From: Narcine bancroftii
Taxonomy: Eukaryota
Assembly (NCBI RefSeq): GCF_036971445.1
Contig: NC_091475.1
Span: 40,300,001-40,364,000, forward strand
Reading direction: 5' to 3'
DNA length: 64,000 nucleotides
Shown here: in pieces, positions 24,601 through 33,968 of the stretch
How the letters are laid out: each line of letters opens with the position of its first letter
Position numbering within the stretch: position 1 is the first letter of the stretch
Program-made: the position numbers and the translations under genes
The notes under the pieces: generated by a model
What the model saw: only the letters and a program-made list of their open reading frames with translations
Databases searched by the model: none
Told to the model about the DNA's origin: nothing

Positions 24601-25779
24601 AGGGCACCAAATGTGTGGTCGTTAAATTTAGTGACGGCACACAGATAGGTAGGGAGCAAAGTCGTGAAGAGGGCAGGAGGAAGCTAATGCAAAGGGATAG
24701 AGAAAGGCTAGATGAAAGGGTAAAGTAGCAAATGGAGTACAATATTAGGAAATGTGAAATCATGCACCAAAGGTTTGTGATCCAAGTGGTGAGGGATTGC
24801 AGGGGAATCTGGGTACACTACTGCACAAAACCCAAAAGGTAATTAATGGGCAAGTCATTCGGAAAGCCTAAAAAATTTTATTGTCTATAGCCAGATTATT
24901 GGGAACAATTCTGGGGATCATGTTCTCGGGGAGTTATAAGAGGGTGTAGAAGAGATTTATTCGAATTATTCCAAGGATGGGTAAACTGGAGAAACTTGTT
25001 GTTCTTGGAAGAGATAAGGGCATTTAAAAATAATAGACAGAGAGGCACTGTTCTGTCAGGATAAAGCTTATTGGCAGGAGAACCAATACTGACACCAAGA
25101 ACAATGTTTTCACACGGGGAATGGACGGACTCCAAGACTGCTCTGTCAGGGGGAATTCTGGAGACGGATTCAAAACGGAGCTAATACACGAATAGGTGTG
25201 GGGGGGGGGGGGGGAGAGAATCACAGGGCTCTGGAGAGAGGGGGCTCCCTGCTCCTTTAACCATTTCTGGGATTCCGAGAACCCGGAAGCACAACCAAGC
25301 CTTGAACTGGTGCTGGAGAGTGTGACTGATGGAAAGCGGGCGTTCCCTTGTCACGGGTTCCTGTTGGAGCCGGCAGAAGCACCGGCGCTTTCTGTTGAAG
25401 TAACATGCAGCATTGCCCCTTCACACTGGATGCTTTGCAAACGCCAGGGCCGCTTTATTTGGAAGGTGCGGTATCACAGAAGCGTCCCCCACAGCCGCAG
25501 ACCAAGTCCTGGCGAAGCTTTCTCCATCCCAGAGGCGCCGGGTGTCCCCACCCTTGTTGACTCAACCCAGTAAAGCCAGGGCAGGTTAACGTCCAGAACA
25601 ACACCCCAAACTTTTGTCCCATTTTATAAAAAGTATAAAATCACTTGGAGGCAAGGATCTGAATTGACAAGTGGTGGTGCCGGGTTGGGGATGGGCGAGC
25701 GGGAGGAGACTTCTGGTACTCACCTGGTGTACTCCCGGAGCCCCTTCATAAAAAAGACGGCGTTCCTGTACAGGGACAT
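9481..25779 (-). CDS. DHRS12: Dehydrogenase/reductase SDR family member 12, complete 10-exon gene span; spliced CDS 987 nt / 328 aa
   Basis: All ten exons join in frame through GT-AG introns; Rossmann TGANSGIG, NNAG, catalytic YAQNK and HPGWADTP motifs; MSLYR N-terminus; adjacent to WDFY2 as in human 13q14. Confidence 0.96.
10530..10950 (-). mobile_element. Degraded CR1-like LINE fragment
   Basis: Minus-strand translation HEFRRMRGGLGETCKILG resembles the CR1 ORF2 C-terminal LEFRRMRGDLIETYKIL motif. Confidence 0.6.
11182..11319 (-). CDS. DHRS12: DHRS12 exon 9 (AVKTSMPNFHARMKDRLRTAAQGADTLVWLAVSNAALQHSSGLFFQ)
   Basis: ggcaag| acceptor, |gtaagg donor, 138 nt; matches DHRS12 RLRS..QGADT..WLA. 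Confidence 0.94.
11445..11535 (-). CDS. DHRS12: DHRS12 exon 8 (RQQVIMTEQWSKMHKDIHFSSMHPGWADTP)
   Basis: cccag| acceptor, |gtaatt donor, 91 nt. Confidence 0.95.
11916..14052 (-). mobile_element. 5'-truncated L1-clade LINE (older subfamily), RT to 3' end
   Basis: RT motifs LDAEKAFDRVEW, QGCPLS, SLFADD, IKYLG; frameshifted; A-tail near 11916; 12-bp TSD tgttttaaactt at 11904-11915 and 14053-14064. Confidence 0.9.
14546..14957 (-). mobile_element. Short L1 3'-end insertion
   Basis: Minus strand encodes AIATAKKCMAISWKD, like the L1 ORF2 C-terminus; 15-bp TSD-like pair at 14531-14545 and 14958-14972 (2 mismatches). Confidence 0.75.
14973..15077 (-). CDS. DHRS12: DHRS12 exon 7 (ITVSSGGMLVQKLNVEDLQFDKGQFDGTMAYAQNK)
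   Basis: ttctag| acceptor, |gtttgt donor, 105 nt; contains the catalytic Ser and YxxxK. Confidence 0.95.
15210..15271 (-). CDS. DHRS12: DHRS12 exon 6 (GVYILTTALVPLLQKYEDARV)
   Basis: ttcctcag| acceptor, |gtgagc donor, 62 nt. Confidence 0.95.
15374..15460 (+). mobile_element. Extremely 5'-truncated L1 (about 87 nt of 3' terminus)
   Basis: Matches the 3' tail of the 41k and 48k L1 copies (aagagggaaatg...tatggttcatagtgtgaaaaat); 15-bp TSD aacttgctat(t/c)ctct at 15359-15373 and 15461-15475. Confidence 0.8.
15680..16205 (+). mobile_element. Putative solo LTR
   Basis: TGTC...GACA termini, TATA-like atataa and AATAAA; no matching TSD found. Confidence 0.4.
16330..16860 (+). mobile_element. Degraded Rex1/Babar-like LINE fragment
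   Basis: Remnants of the KTKEMIIDFRR / TTFYKCTIEN / WYG motifs, similar to the 27.7-29.8 kb element. Confidence 0.55.
17924..18450 (+). mobile_element. Gypsy-like LTR plus PBS remnant
   Basis: tgtaaca start followed by a PBS-like tggtgtcag near 18077; downstream sequence is degraded. Confidence 0.35.
18554..18635 (-). CDS. DHRS12: DHRS12 exon 5 (INNAGCMINQRQLTADQLESNFATNTL)
   Basis: ttttgccag| acceptor, |gtaagg donor, 82 nt; NNAG motif. Confidence 0.95.
19100..19770 (+). mobile_element. Rex1/Babar LINE 3' end, split by a hAT-type MITE
   Basis: RYRCHKTHTTRFRNRCYPSTIRRLN and a 3'UTR homologous to 27661-28000 and 51650-51995. Confidence 0.75.
19419..19695. mobile_element. hAT-type non-autonomous element
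   Basis: Perfect 8-bp TSD gcctcacc at 19411-19418 and 19696-19703; CAG...CTG degenerate termini. Confidence 0.7.
20402..20497 (-). CDS. DHRS12: DHRS12 exon 4 (EIFVHILDMSRPMSIWTFADEFQRAHSKLNVL)
   Basis: ttttgaag| acceptor, |gtaaga donor, 96 nt. Confidence 0.94.
20615..20960. repeat. Degenerate C-rich minisatellite (cagcaacaccc core)
   Basis: Repeated ctcagcaacaccc/ctgcaacaaccc motifs separated by C/T-rich spacers. Confidence 0.6.
22080..22162 (-). CDS. DHRS12: DHRS12 exon 3 (GGTVHLVCRNRERAEEAKAEIVKECNNT)
   Basis: cccttag| acceptor, |gtaaag donor, 83 nt. Confidence 0.95.
23123..24235 (-). mobile_element. Truncated Gypsy LTR retrotransposon: integrase core, PPT and 3' LTR (23123-23343)
   Basis: SIFGYPNDILTDRGAAFMS...YNPRRNGQVERENATIWK integrase motif; G-rich PPT abuts a TG...CA 221-bp LTR. 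Confidence 0.88.
24300..24433 (-). CDS. DHRS12: DHRS12 exon 2 (SGYEAAAQQFEAKDLDIDMTGRCFMITGANSGIGKATVFEIAKR)
   Basis: cagcag| acceptor, |gtgggt donor, 134 nt; TGxxxGIG NAD(P)-binding motif. Confidence 0.96.
24510..25200 (+). mobile_element. Degraded CR1-like LINE RT fragment
   Basis: Remnants resembling VTSGVPQGSV, KF.D.T.IG and W.MEYN..KCE.MH. Confidence 0.6.
25724..25779 (-). CDS. DHRS12: DHRS12 exon 1 coding part (MSLYRNAVFFMKGLREYTR)
   Basis: ATG in Kozak-like context gaccATG, |gtgagt donor, 56 nt. Confidence 0.95.
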
Positions 25780-25900
25780 GGTCAGCTCGACTCTCTCCGC
25801 ACAGCCAAGCCCGAGGCACCTTCACGTCACGGTTGTGTAAGTTTCTCATTCAACACGTGTCTGTCAGAAACTTTTTTTTAAAAGATCCTCCGGAAGTAAT
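25780..25900 (-). promoter_or_regulatory. Probable DHRS12 proximal promoter
   Basis: Locally CpG-enriched; CRE-like acgtca near 25823-25828, E-box cacgtg at 25854-25859, ETS/GABP ccggaagt at 25890-25897. Confidence 0.55.
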
Positions 25901-26114
25901 AAGTAGTCGAGAGTTTGTAACTCGGTTCAAAGGGAGAGGCGCTTTTCCCCACTCTTTGTCATTCATTGGCAATGTCGCTACTTCAGAACAACCAACCATC
26001 CATCCTGCTCTTTCTATTAATGGTTCCTCTGGGCAAACCTCGTTTATTTTCTCATTATTAATGGAAACGTTGACCTGCCATGAATGCGTGGCCCAGAGTC
26101 CCTCCTGCTTCTCT

Positions 26115-26820
26115 TTGCCCAGTCCTCATCACCTTGCCCAGTTCTCATCACCTTGCCCAGTCCTCATCACCTTGCCCAGTCCTCATCACCTTACCCGTCC
26201 TCATCATCTTGCCCGTCCTCATCATCTTGCCCGTCCTCATCACCTTACCCGTCCTCATCATCTTGCCCAGTCCTCATCACCTTGCCTAGTCCTCATCACC
26301 TTGCCCAGTCCTCATCACCTTGCCCAGTCCTCAACACCTTGCCCAGTCCTCATCACCTTGCCTAGTCCTCATCACCTTGCCCAGTCCTCATCACCTTGCC
26401 CAGTCCTCATCACCTTGCCCAGTCCTCATCAACTTGCCCAGTCCTCATCACCTTGCCCAGTCCTCATCACCTTGCCCAGTCCTCATCACCTTGCCCAGTC
26501 CTCATCACCTTGCCTAGTCCTCATCACCTTGCCCAGTCCTCATCACCTTGCCCAGTCCTCATCACCTTGCCTAGTCCTCATCACCTTGCCCAGTCCTCAT
26601 CACCTTGCCCAGTCCTCATCACCTTGCCCAGTCCTCATCACCTTGCCCAGTCCTCATCACCTTGCCCAGTCCTCATCACCTTGCCCAGTCCTCATCACCT
26701 TGCCCAGTCCTCATCACCTTGCCCAGTCCTCATCACCTTGCCTAGTCCTCATCACCTTGCCCAGTCCTCATCACCTTGCCCAGTCCTCATCACCTTGCCT
26801 AGTCCTCATCAACTTGCCCA
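26115..26820. repeat. 19-bp minisatellite (cccagtcctcatcaccttg) x about 37
   Basis: Directly visible tandem array, with a few 18-bp variants (cccgtcctcatcatcttg). Confidence 0.97.
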
Positions 26821-27660
26821 CACCCTGAAAGAGCGCTGCAGTTGCTGGAAGTCAATAATCACTGCAGGAATTCCTCAATGAAGCATTCAACCTTCTTCAG
26901 CAGCTTCACCAGTGACTTTCCTTCCATGACCAGGAGTGGGGAAGGTTGCTGATTATGGCTCAATGTTCAATTCCAGCACCTCTAGAATAATTTCTTTAAC
27001 TTCCCCTTACTATACTAATCTAATAAAATGATATCACAAAAAGAACCATTTGCACTGTGGAAACTTTTTTTCTTGCACTAGGGTAACTGTGAATATTATC
27101 TATCTTTTGTATTTTTTTATCTGTTAAATTTAATAAATACAATTGTAGTTTTTAACAAAATATCTGTATGGCTGCAAGAAAGAATTTTGGTGCATATATA
27201 CATAGTACAATGTACATGACAATAAACTTTATTATTCCACTTCCAAGTCCTTACTAAAGGAAACAGCTGTTCGGGCATGGGCTGAAAGGGCAAGTAACAT
27301 CTGTACAAACAGAAGTGTCAGACAATAGCCATCTCCAACAAGGAGCTGCAGCATTCATCCTACAATTTTAAATCCATCCCTTTTCCCTTTAGTTCCCAGT
27401 GCAGGGATCAGAAACATGAACGGTTTCTCTTTGTCCCTGCTGAGTGTGTCCAGCATTTTCGGTGTTATATTTCAGATTTTCAGCATCTGCAGTTTGATTT
27501 ATTTTCAAGGACAGACAAAGAGACTAAGACTTGAGTCACATCATTGGCAAAATGATTAAAAGGGGGAGATGAGGACTTTGCTGTACAAGGAACGAGTAAA
27601 CAGAAAATGGCGGGAGCACTGAGTCGAGATAGTGGAGAAAGAAACAGTGTCAGTTACTCT

Positions 27661-29840
27661 GTTTCAGATTTATCGTCAGAGTACATACATGACATCACAT
27701 ACAATCCTGAGATTCTTTTTCTGCAGTGAGGCAGAATTACCACTTATTGGTAGTGCAAAAAAAACTGTTCAAGGTGTATACATGTAAGCAAATAAAGAAC
27801 TGTAAATAAACCAACTGTGCACAAGTCCTTAAGTTTAAGTCCCTGATTGAGTTTGTTGTTGAGGAGTCTGGTGTTGGTGGAGGGTAACAGCTGTTCCTGA
27901 ACCTGGTGGTGCGAGTTTTGTGGCTCCTATACTTCTTTCCTGATGGCAACGGCAAGAACAGAGTGTGCACTAAGTGGTGTGGATCCTTGATGCTTGCTGC
28001 TGCTCTCCAACAGCAGCGTTCCCTGTAGATGTTCTTGATAGTGGGAAGGGTTTTGCCTGTGATGTCCTGGGCTGTGTCCACTACCTTTGGGAGGACTTTA
28101 TATTCAGGGGTATAGGTGTCCCCATACCAGACTGTGATGCAGCTGGTCAGCACACTTTCCATCACACATCTGTAGAAATTTGCCAAGGTTTCTGGTGTCG
28201 TACTAAACCTCCACAAACTCCTGAGGAAGTAGAGGTGTTGGTGTGCTTTCTTCATGATGCCATTAGTGTGTTGGTTCCAGAAATGATCCTCTGAGATAGT
28301 GACTCCCAGGAAATAAAATTTACTCACCCTCTCCACCTCTGATCCCCCAATGATCACTGGATTGTATAATTCTGGCTTTCCTGTAGTCAATAGTCAGCTC
28401 CTTAGTTTTGGTGACATGGAGTTCAAGGTTGTTGTTCATACACCATTTAACCAAGATTTCAATCTCCCTCCTGTCTGCTGACTCATCACCTTTGTTTATA
28501 CAACCCACTACAGTGGTATCGTCGACAAATTTGTAGATGGTGTTATTGTTGTACCGAGCCATATAATCGTAGGTGCAAAATGAATAGAGCAGGGAGCTAA
28601 GAATGCAGCCCTGTGATGCTCCAGTACTGATGAGGATTGTGGAGGAAATGTTCTTGCCAATCCTCACTGATTGTGATCTGGAGGTGAGGAAATCCATGAT
28701 CCAATTACACAGTGGGGTGTTGAGTCCCAGACCTCAGAGTTTGCTGATCAGTTTTGAGGAGATGTTGGTGTAAATGCCGAACTGTAATCGATAAAGAGAT
28801 CCTGATGAATGGATCTTCACTGTCCAGGTGTTCCAAGGCTTTGTGTCCAGCCATTGAGATAACATCTGCCATAGATCTATTACTATGATAGGCGAACTGG
28901 GATGAATCCATGTTACCGCTCAGACAGGAGCTGATAGGCTTCATCACCAGCCTTTCAAAACAATTAATCACTGATGTAAGTGTTACTGGCCAATGGACAT
29001 TAAGGCAGGTTACTACACTCTTCTTGGGCCCTGGTATGATTGAAACCTCTTTGAAACAGGTGGGTACTATATCCTGTTGGGGTGAGATATTCAAGATATC
29101 CATTAATATAGTGGTAAGTGGGTCAGTGCAGATTTTTAATACTCGCCAGGTACTTGGTCTGGGCTGGATGCTTTCCTTGAATTCACTCTCCTAAAGCCAT
29201 CCTCAGATATGGACAGGATGGGATAATCAGGGGACGTGGGGGTGTGGAGGGGTAGCTTTTCACTGTTACTGTTGTCAACTCGAGTGTAGAAGGCATTGAG
29301 TTCTTCCGGGAGAGAAGCTTTGATGTCTGCGACTTCACCGGATTTGGTTTTGAAACAGGTTATGATATTTAGGCTCTGCCACAGCTGTGGGGTGCCCCTT
29401 GTTGTTTCCATTTTCATTCAGAATCTCCACTTCACCCTGAAGATAGCTTTTCGCTGGTCATACCTGCCCCTTCTGTATTTATCTGGATCTCTGGGCTTAA
29501 ATGCCTGTGGTCTGGCTCTCGGCAGGTTCTGGATTTCATTGTTTATCCAGGGCTTCTGGTTGGGGAAAATACTGAATGATTTGGTAGGGACACACTCATC
29601 CACAGCTGTTTTGATAAAGTCTGTGACCACCCTGGTGTAATCGTTCAGATTCTCAGCTGAGTCCTTGAACACTGTCCAGTCTGCTGACTTGAGCAAATCC
29701 TGTAATCATTCTTCAGCCTCCTGCAACCACTTTCTAGCTGTTCTGATCTTCAGAGCCTTTCATTTTCGGCTCTGTCTGTATGTAGACAGAAGGAGCACAG
29801 CCAGGTGATCTGACTTGCCAAAATGTGGTGTTGGGAAAGA
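27661..29840 (-). mobile_element. Rex1/Babar LINE, 5'-truncated and frameshifted
   Basis: [74 protein letters not shown] motifs. Confidence 0.9.
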
Positions 29841-30035
29841 ACACCAACCCCCGCCCCCCCCTTCCCTCCCTCCCTTGCCCAGCTAAAGGTAGAGTTAATA
29901 AACCTTTGAGTAACGTGGGCATAGAAAGTGTCAAACCTAGCCAAGTCCACCAAACTCCTGCCCATTGAAGACATGGATGTGAGGTGCTGCCTCAAGAAAG
30001 CAGCCTGGAAGTGACCTCACAAGTAGAGAGAGGGT

Positions 30036-31488
30036 GGCCGACTGTGTACCAAAAATAGTAAAACTAGATCAAACTGGATTTATTAAGAAAAGACGAACAA
30101 TGGACAATATCTGTGTTCATTAACTTAATCCATGCAGTACAAGGAAAGAAGACGCCAACAATGGCAGTTGCCTTAGATGCAGAGAAAGCCTTTGACAGAG
30201 TAGAATGGAATTATTTATTCAAAGTACTACAGAGGTTCAACCTACCAGAGAAATATATTAATTGGATTAAAGCATTATATAAGGGACCATTGGCGAAGGT
30301 GACAGTAAATGGATATATATCAAACCAATTTAAATTAAGCAGATCAACTAGGCAGGGATGTCCACTATCACCCTCACCGTTCGCGTTAGCTATAGAACCA
30401 CTGGCAGAACTGATAAGAACAGAAAATAAAATAAGAGGATAAAAATAAAAGAGAAGGAATATAAAATCAGTCTATTTGCAGATGACGTCATAGTATACTT
30501 AACAGAACCAGAAATATCAATAAAAGAATTACATAAGAAATTGAAGGAATACAGATACAATGTTAATCAAAAGATTTATAAAAAATATGTATATTAAACT
30601 GCAAGAAAAGGAAAATGAGGAAACAAATGGTAAAACTAAACAAAAATGGGAACAAGATTTAAATATAAAGATAAAAAAGGAAACATGGGAGAAGTTATGC
30701 TCTGGAACGATGAGAAATACAATAAATACGAGGCTGCGTATGATACAATATAATTGGTTACACAGACTATACATTACACCGCAAAAGTTAAATAAATGGG
30801 ACCCAACAGTATCTGATAGATGTTTTCGATGTAAAAAAGAAAGGGGAACAACAATTCATGCAATCTGGACATGTGAGAGAGTAGAAAAATTTTGGGATGA
30901 TCTCAATCAGATATTAAATAAAATAACAGAAAACAATATACCAAAGAATCCAGAGATCTTTCTCCTAAGTAACATAAAAAATAAAGAATTTGGAATTGAC
31001 TTGGAAGATGCACAAAAAAGATTTGTCAAGATAGCCCTAGCCGTAGCAAAAAAATGTATTATGTCAACCTGGAAATTGGAAGATAATTTGAAAATACAAC
31101 AATGGTATATAGAAATGAATAAATGTATTCCATTAGAAAAAATAACATATAGTTTAAGAAATAATATTGAAATATTCGAACAAGTATGGGAGCCCTACAT
31201 TAAATACAATAGCGAAAACCTACCGGGAACAAACATTACCTAAATTGATGGAAGGAGAAGAAAAGAAAAGAATGGACTCAGTAGAATTTCTGGTGTATTT
31301 TTGTTGAATGACAACATTGTCTAACTGAATTAATGCAACCTAGATTGTATACCTAAAATGGATGAGAGGGGGGGGGGGGTGGGGGGGTGGCTTGGGAGGA
31401 GGGAGGGGGGAGGGAGAAAAAGTCACTGTAAATGTGTGGAAAAGAAAAAGTGTATATCATGGCTATTGTGATTTATGGTGTGAAAAAT

Positions 31489-31523
<35 letters not shown>

Positions 31524-32191
31524 TTGAAGGAATATGGAGAAGTATTGGGGTACAAGATCAATGCAAATAAAAGTGAAGCAATGCCAATGAATAATGCGGA
31601 TTTCACAAAGTTTAAGAAAGAATCACCATTTAGATGGCAAATACAAGCAATCCGATACCTAGGTATACAACTAGATAATAATCTAGGCCATCTCTACAAA
31701 CTAAATTATCAGCCATTAATGAAGAAATTACAAGAGAATATTGGAAAGACTTACCACTAACGTTGATAGGAAGGGTAAATTGCATTAAAATGAATATCTT
31801 TCCAAGGATACAATACCTATTCCAATCGTTACCAATTCACCTAACAGAGAAATTCTTCAAGGAGCTAAAGAAAATAATAAGGAAATTCTTATGGAAAGGG
31901 GGGAAACTGAGGATAGCGCTCGATAAATTAACAGAATGCTACAAACAAGGGGGCTTACAGCTACCAAACTTTAAGAATTATAATAGAGCAGCACAATTAA
32001 GATACCCATCAGATTTTTATCAAACAAGGGAAAAACCAGATTGGACCAGATTAGAGCTAGATAAAATAGGGAAGAAGGTACCTGAACATATACTATATAA
32101 GTGGGATGAAAAGCTGGTGCGACATAGGAATTCACCAGCACTGCACCATCTTCTCAACATTTGGAAGAAGATTCACGTAGAAAGGAATAAA
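30036..32191 (+). mobile_element. Internal L1 ORF2 (RT) fragment lacking a polyA tail, interrupted by a second L1
   Basis: DQTGFI, LDAEKAFDRVEW, TRQGCPLSP, SLFADD, IRYLG, GGLQLPNF; flanked by acaagtagagag(ag)ggt repeats at 30019-30035 and 32192-32206. Confidence 0.9.
30552..31520 (+). mobile_element. Young 5'-truncated L1 3' end (CCHC domain, G-rich 3'UTR, polyA)
   Basis: Uninterrupted 227-aa ORF with CFRC..HAIWTC; AATAAA plus pure A-tail; perfect 14-bp TSD aaattgaaggaata at 30538-30551 and 31521-31534. Confidence 0.93.
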
Positions 32192-32206
32192 ACAAGTAGA
32201 GAGGGT

Positions 32207-32610
32207 CATAAAGAGAGCTTTTGGCACATTGGTCTTTATAAATTACAGTACTGAGTATCGGAGTTGGATGTACAGTGGACTGTTACTCTACAAGTCTTAA
32301 TATTTCAATGTGTTTCACTTCTAACTTCTATTTATGTCGGTATGCTCTGTGGTTCCTGGAGAAAAGCCATCTCGTCTTTACCGTGCGAGCATAGTATGAA
32401 TGATAAATAAAGGTGACTTTCAACTTGAAGTTGTATCAGATATTGGTGTGGCCAAATTGGAGTACTGTGTGCAGTTTTGGTCACCTGGCAACAGGAAAGC
32501 TATCAATAAGATTGAAAGAGTGCAGAGAAGATTAACAAGAATGCGGGTCAGTGAGAGTAGGCTGAATAATAGTTGGCACACACTAGAAGGATGAAGGGCC
32601 TGTCTTAGTG
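32207..32610 (+). mobile_element. CR1-like LINE fragment (host of the nested L1s)
   Basis: LEYCVQFWSP...IERVQRRLTRM motif; continues the sequence at 30005-30035. Confidence 0.75.
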
Positions 32611-32979
32611 TTCTATGGATCTAACATCATAAAGGGGGCCCATCACCCAGGTTACCATCTCTTCTTGCTGCTACCTTCCAGGCAGAAGGTTTCAAAGCCT
32701 GAAGTTCATCACATCTAGGTACCTTTTTTTCCTCATCACCTATCGGGCTCTTGAACCTCCCAGTCACCCTAACTATGAACTACCCCAGGACCACCAAAAG
32801 ATCTGTCCGCCCTACTGAAAAGTCACTCGCACTAGCTGTCACTGTGAATAGAGCTCGATCCTTTTCTATGCATGATTCCATCTTCTGTGGTCCTGTATCC
32901 TTTTAGAGAGTAGCTGTGTGACTGCAGCAAGGAAGAGTGTTGGCATGCCTGACGATACAGTAGGAAGGAGGTGGGATTC

Positions 32980-33600
32980 TGCAGGAGGTGAGCGCGTTGC
33001 TGTGTGTGGCAGCGCCCAGCAGGGTGAGTGAGGATCCGCGGAGGGGGAGCTGCTGGACTGGCGCCGTGGGAGGGGATGGCACACTGGCTCCGTCCTCGCT
33101 CTTGCCGCAGGTAGAAGGTGCGGCGCCCGGCCGAGGCAGGCTCGCCGCCCCGGAGCGCGCGCACACCCGCGCGCACACTCACCCGCACACGGAGCCAGCC
33201 ACGGGCATCCGCCGGCCGACCAGAAGCAAGCGCTTTGGAAATCGGAGAACTGCCGTCCTCCTTTCCTCACCTCCACCCCCCCCCCCTCCCCCACCGAATG
33301 ATTGAGTTGTCCTACCGGAGCCGGAGCCAGTCCCCCTGGCCGGGGAAGCGGGGCGCACAAAGGGAGCCGCAGCGGGCGAGCCAGGCGCCACGGAGCCGGT
33401 CATGGGCGAACGGAGGCTGGCCGAGGGCAGCCGCTGCGTGGAGGTGGCCCTGAGCGGGGGAGCGCCCTGGGGATTCACCCTGCGTGGAGGCCAGGAACAC
33501 GGAGAACCTCTGCTCATCACCAAGGTAATGCCGCAGCCCCGTCTCTCTCCTGCTGCCCAGCCCGCCCGTTCAGCACACTCAGGGACGAAACTTGGGCTCA
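32980..33600. promoter_or_regulatory. CpG island / SHROOM2 promoter and 5'UTR
   Basis: Abrupt GC- and CpG-rich segment surrounding the SHROOM2 start codon. Confidence 0.85.
33402..33524 (+). CDS. SHROOM2: Shroom family member 2, first coding exon ([41 protein letters not shown]; start of PDZ domain)
   Basis: gtcATGg Kozak context, in-frame TGA upstream at 33303, aag|gtaatg donor. [25 protein letters not shown] fits SHROOM2 better than SHROOM3 or SHROOM4. Exon 2 was not found in the window. Confidence 0.88.
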
Positions 33601-33968
33601 CTGTTGTTCCTCGGTCAAGTTGCTGCATCTGGGCCAGGATTAATTCCCCACCTCTGACTCTCCGTGAGAAGGTGGCAGTGAGCTCGAAGAAAAATGACTT
33701 GGAAACGTTCGACGTTCTTTACAGTAAATGGCGAGGGTGGTCACTGGAACCGTGGGGGGTGGTCACTGTTTCAGAGGAAGTGGGTGGCCATTCAGGTCGG
33801 AGATGGAGGGATAGTTGGAATTTAGGATCTGAAAGGGGACAGCAGGTATTGCAGCTGGATCAACCCTGACCTCTGGCCCTGTGTGCCTGGAGTTTGCAGC
33901 CAGTGAAGGTGCAGGTTTCCCCGAGTCTCCTGCTTAATTGGCCGTTGCAAATGACCGTCAGCTAAGGT

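Noticed and set aside
25833-26881. 331-aa and 161-aa His/Pro/Ser-rich ORFs
   Set aside because: They are translations of the 19-bp minisatellite; the same peptide appears in all three frames.
32832-33643. Many overlapping 90-160-aa ORFs on both strands
   Set aside because: These are expected from stop-codon scarcity in a CpG island; none resembles a protein except the SHROOM2 frame.
33525-33869. Continuation of the 155-aa ORF beyond the PDZ start
   Set aside because: Similarity to Shroom stops exactly at the aag|gtaatg donor; the remainder is intron read-through.
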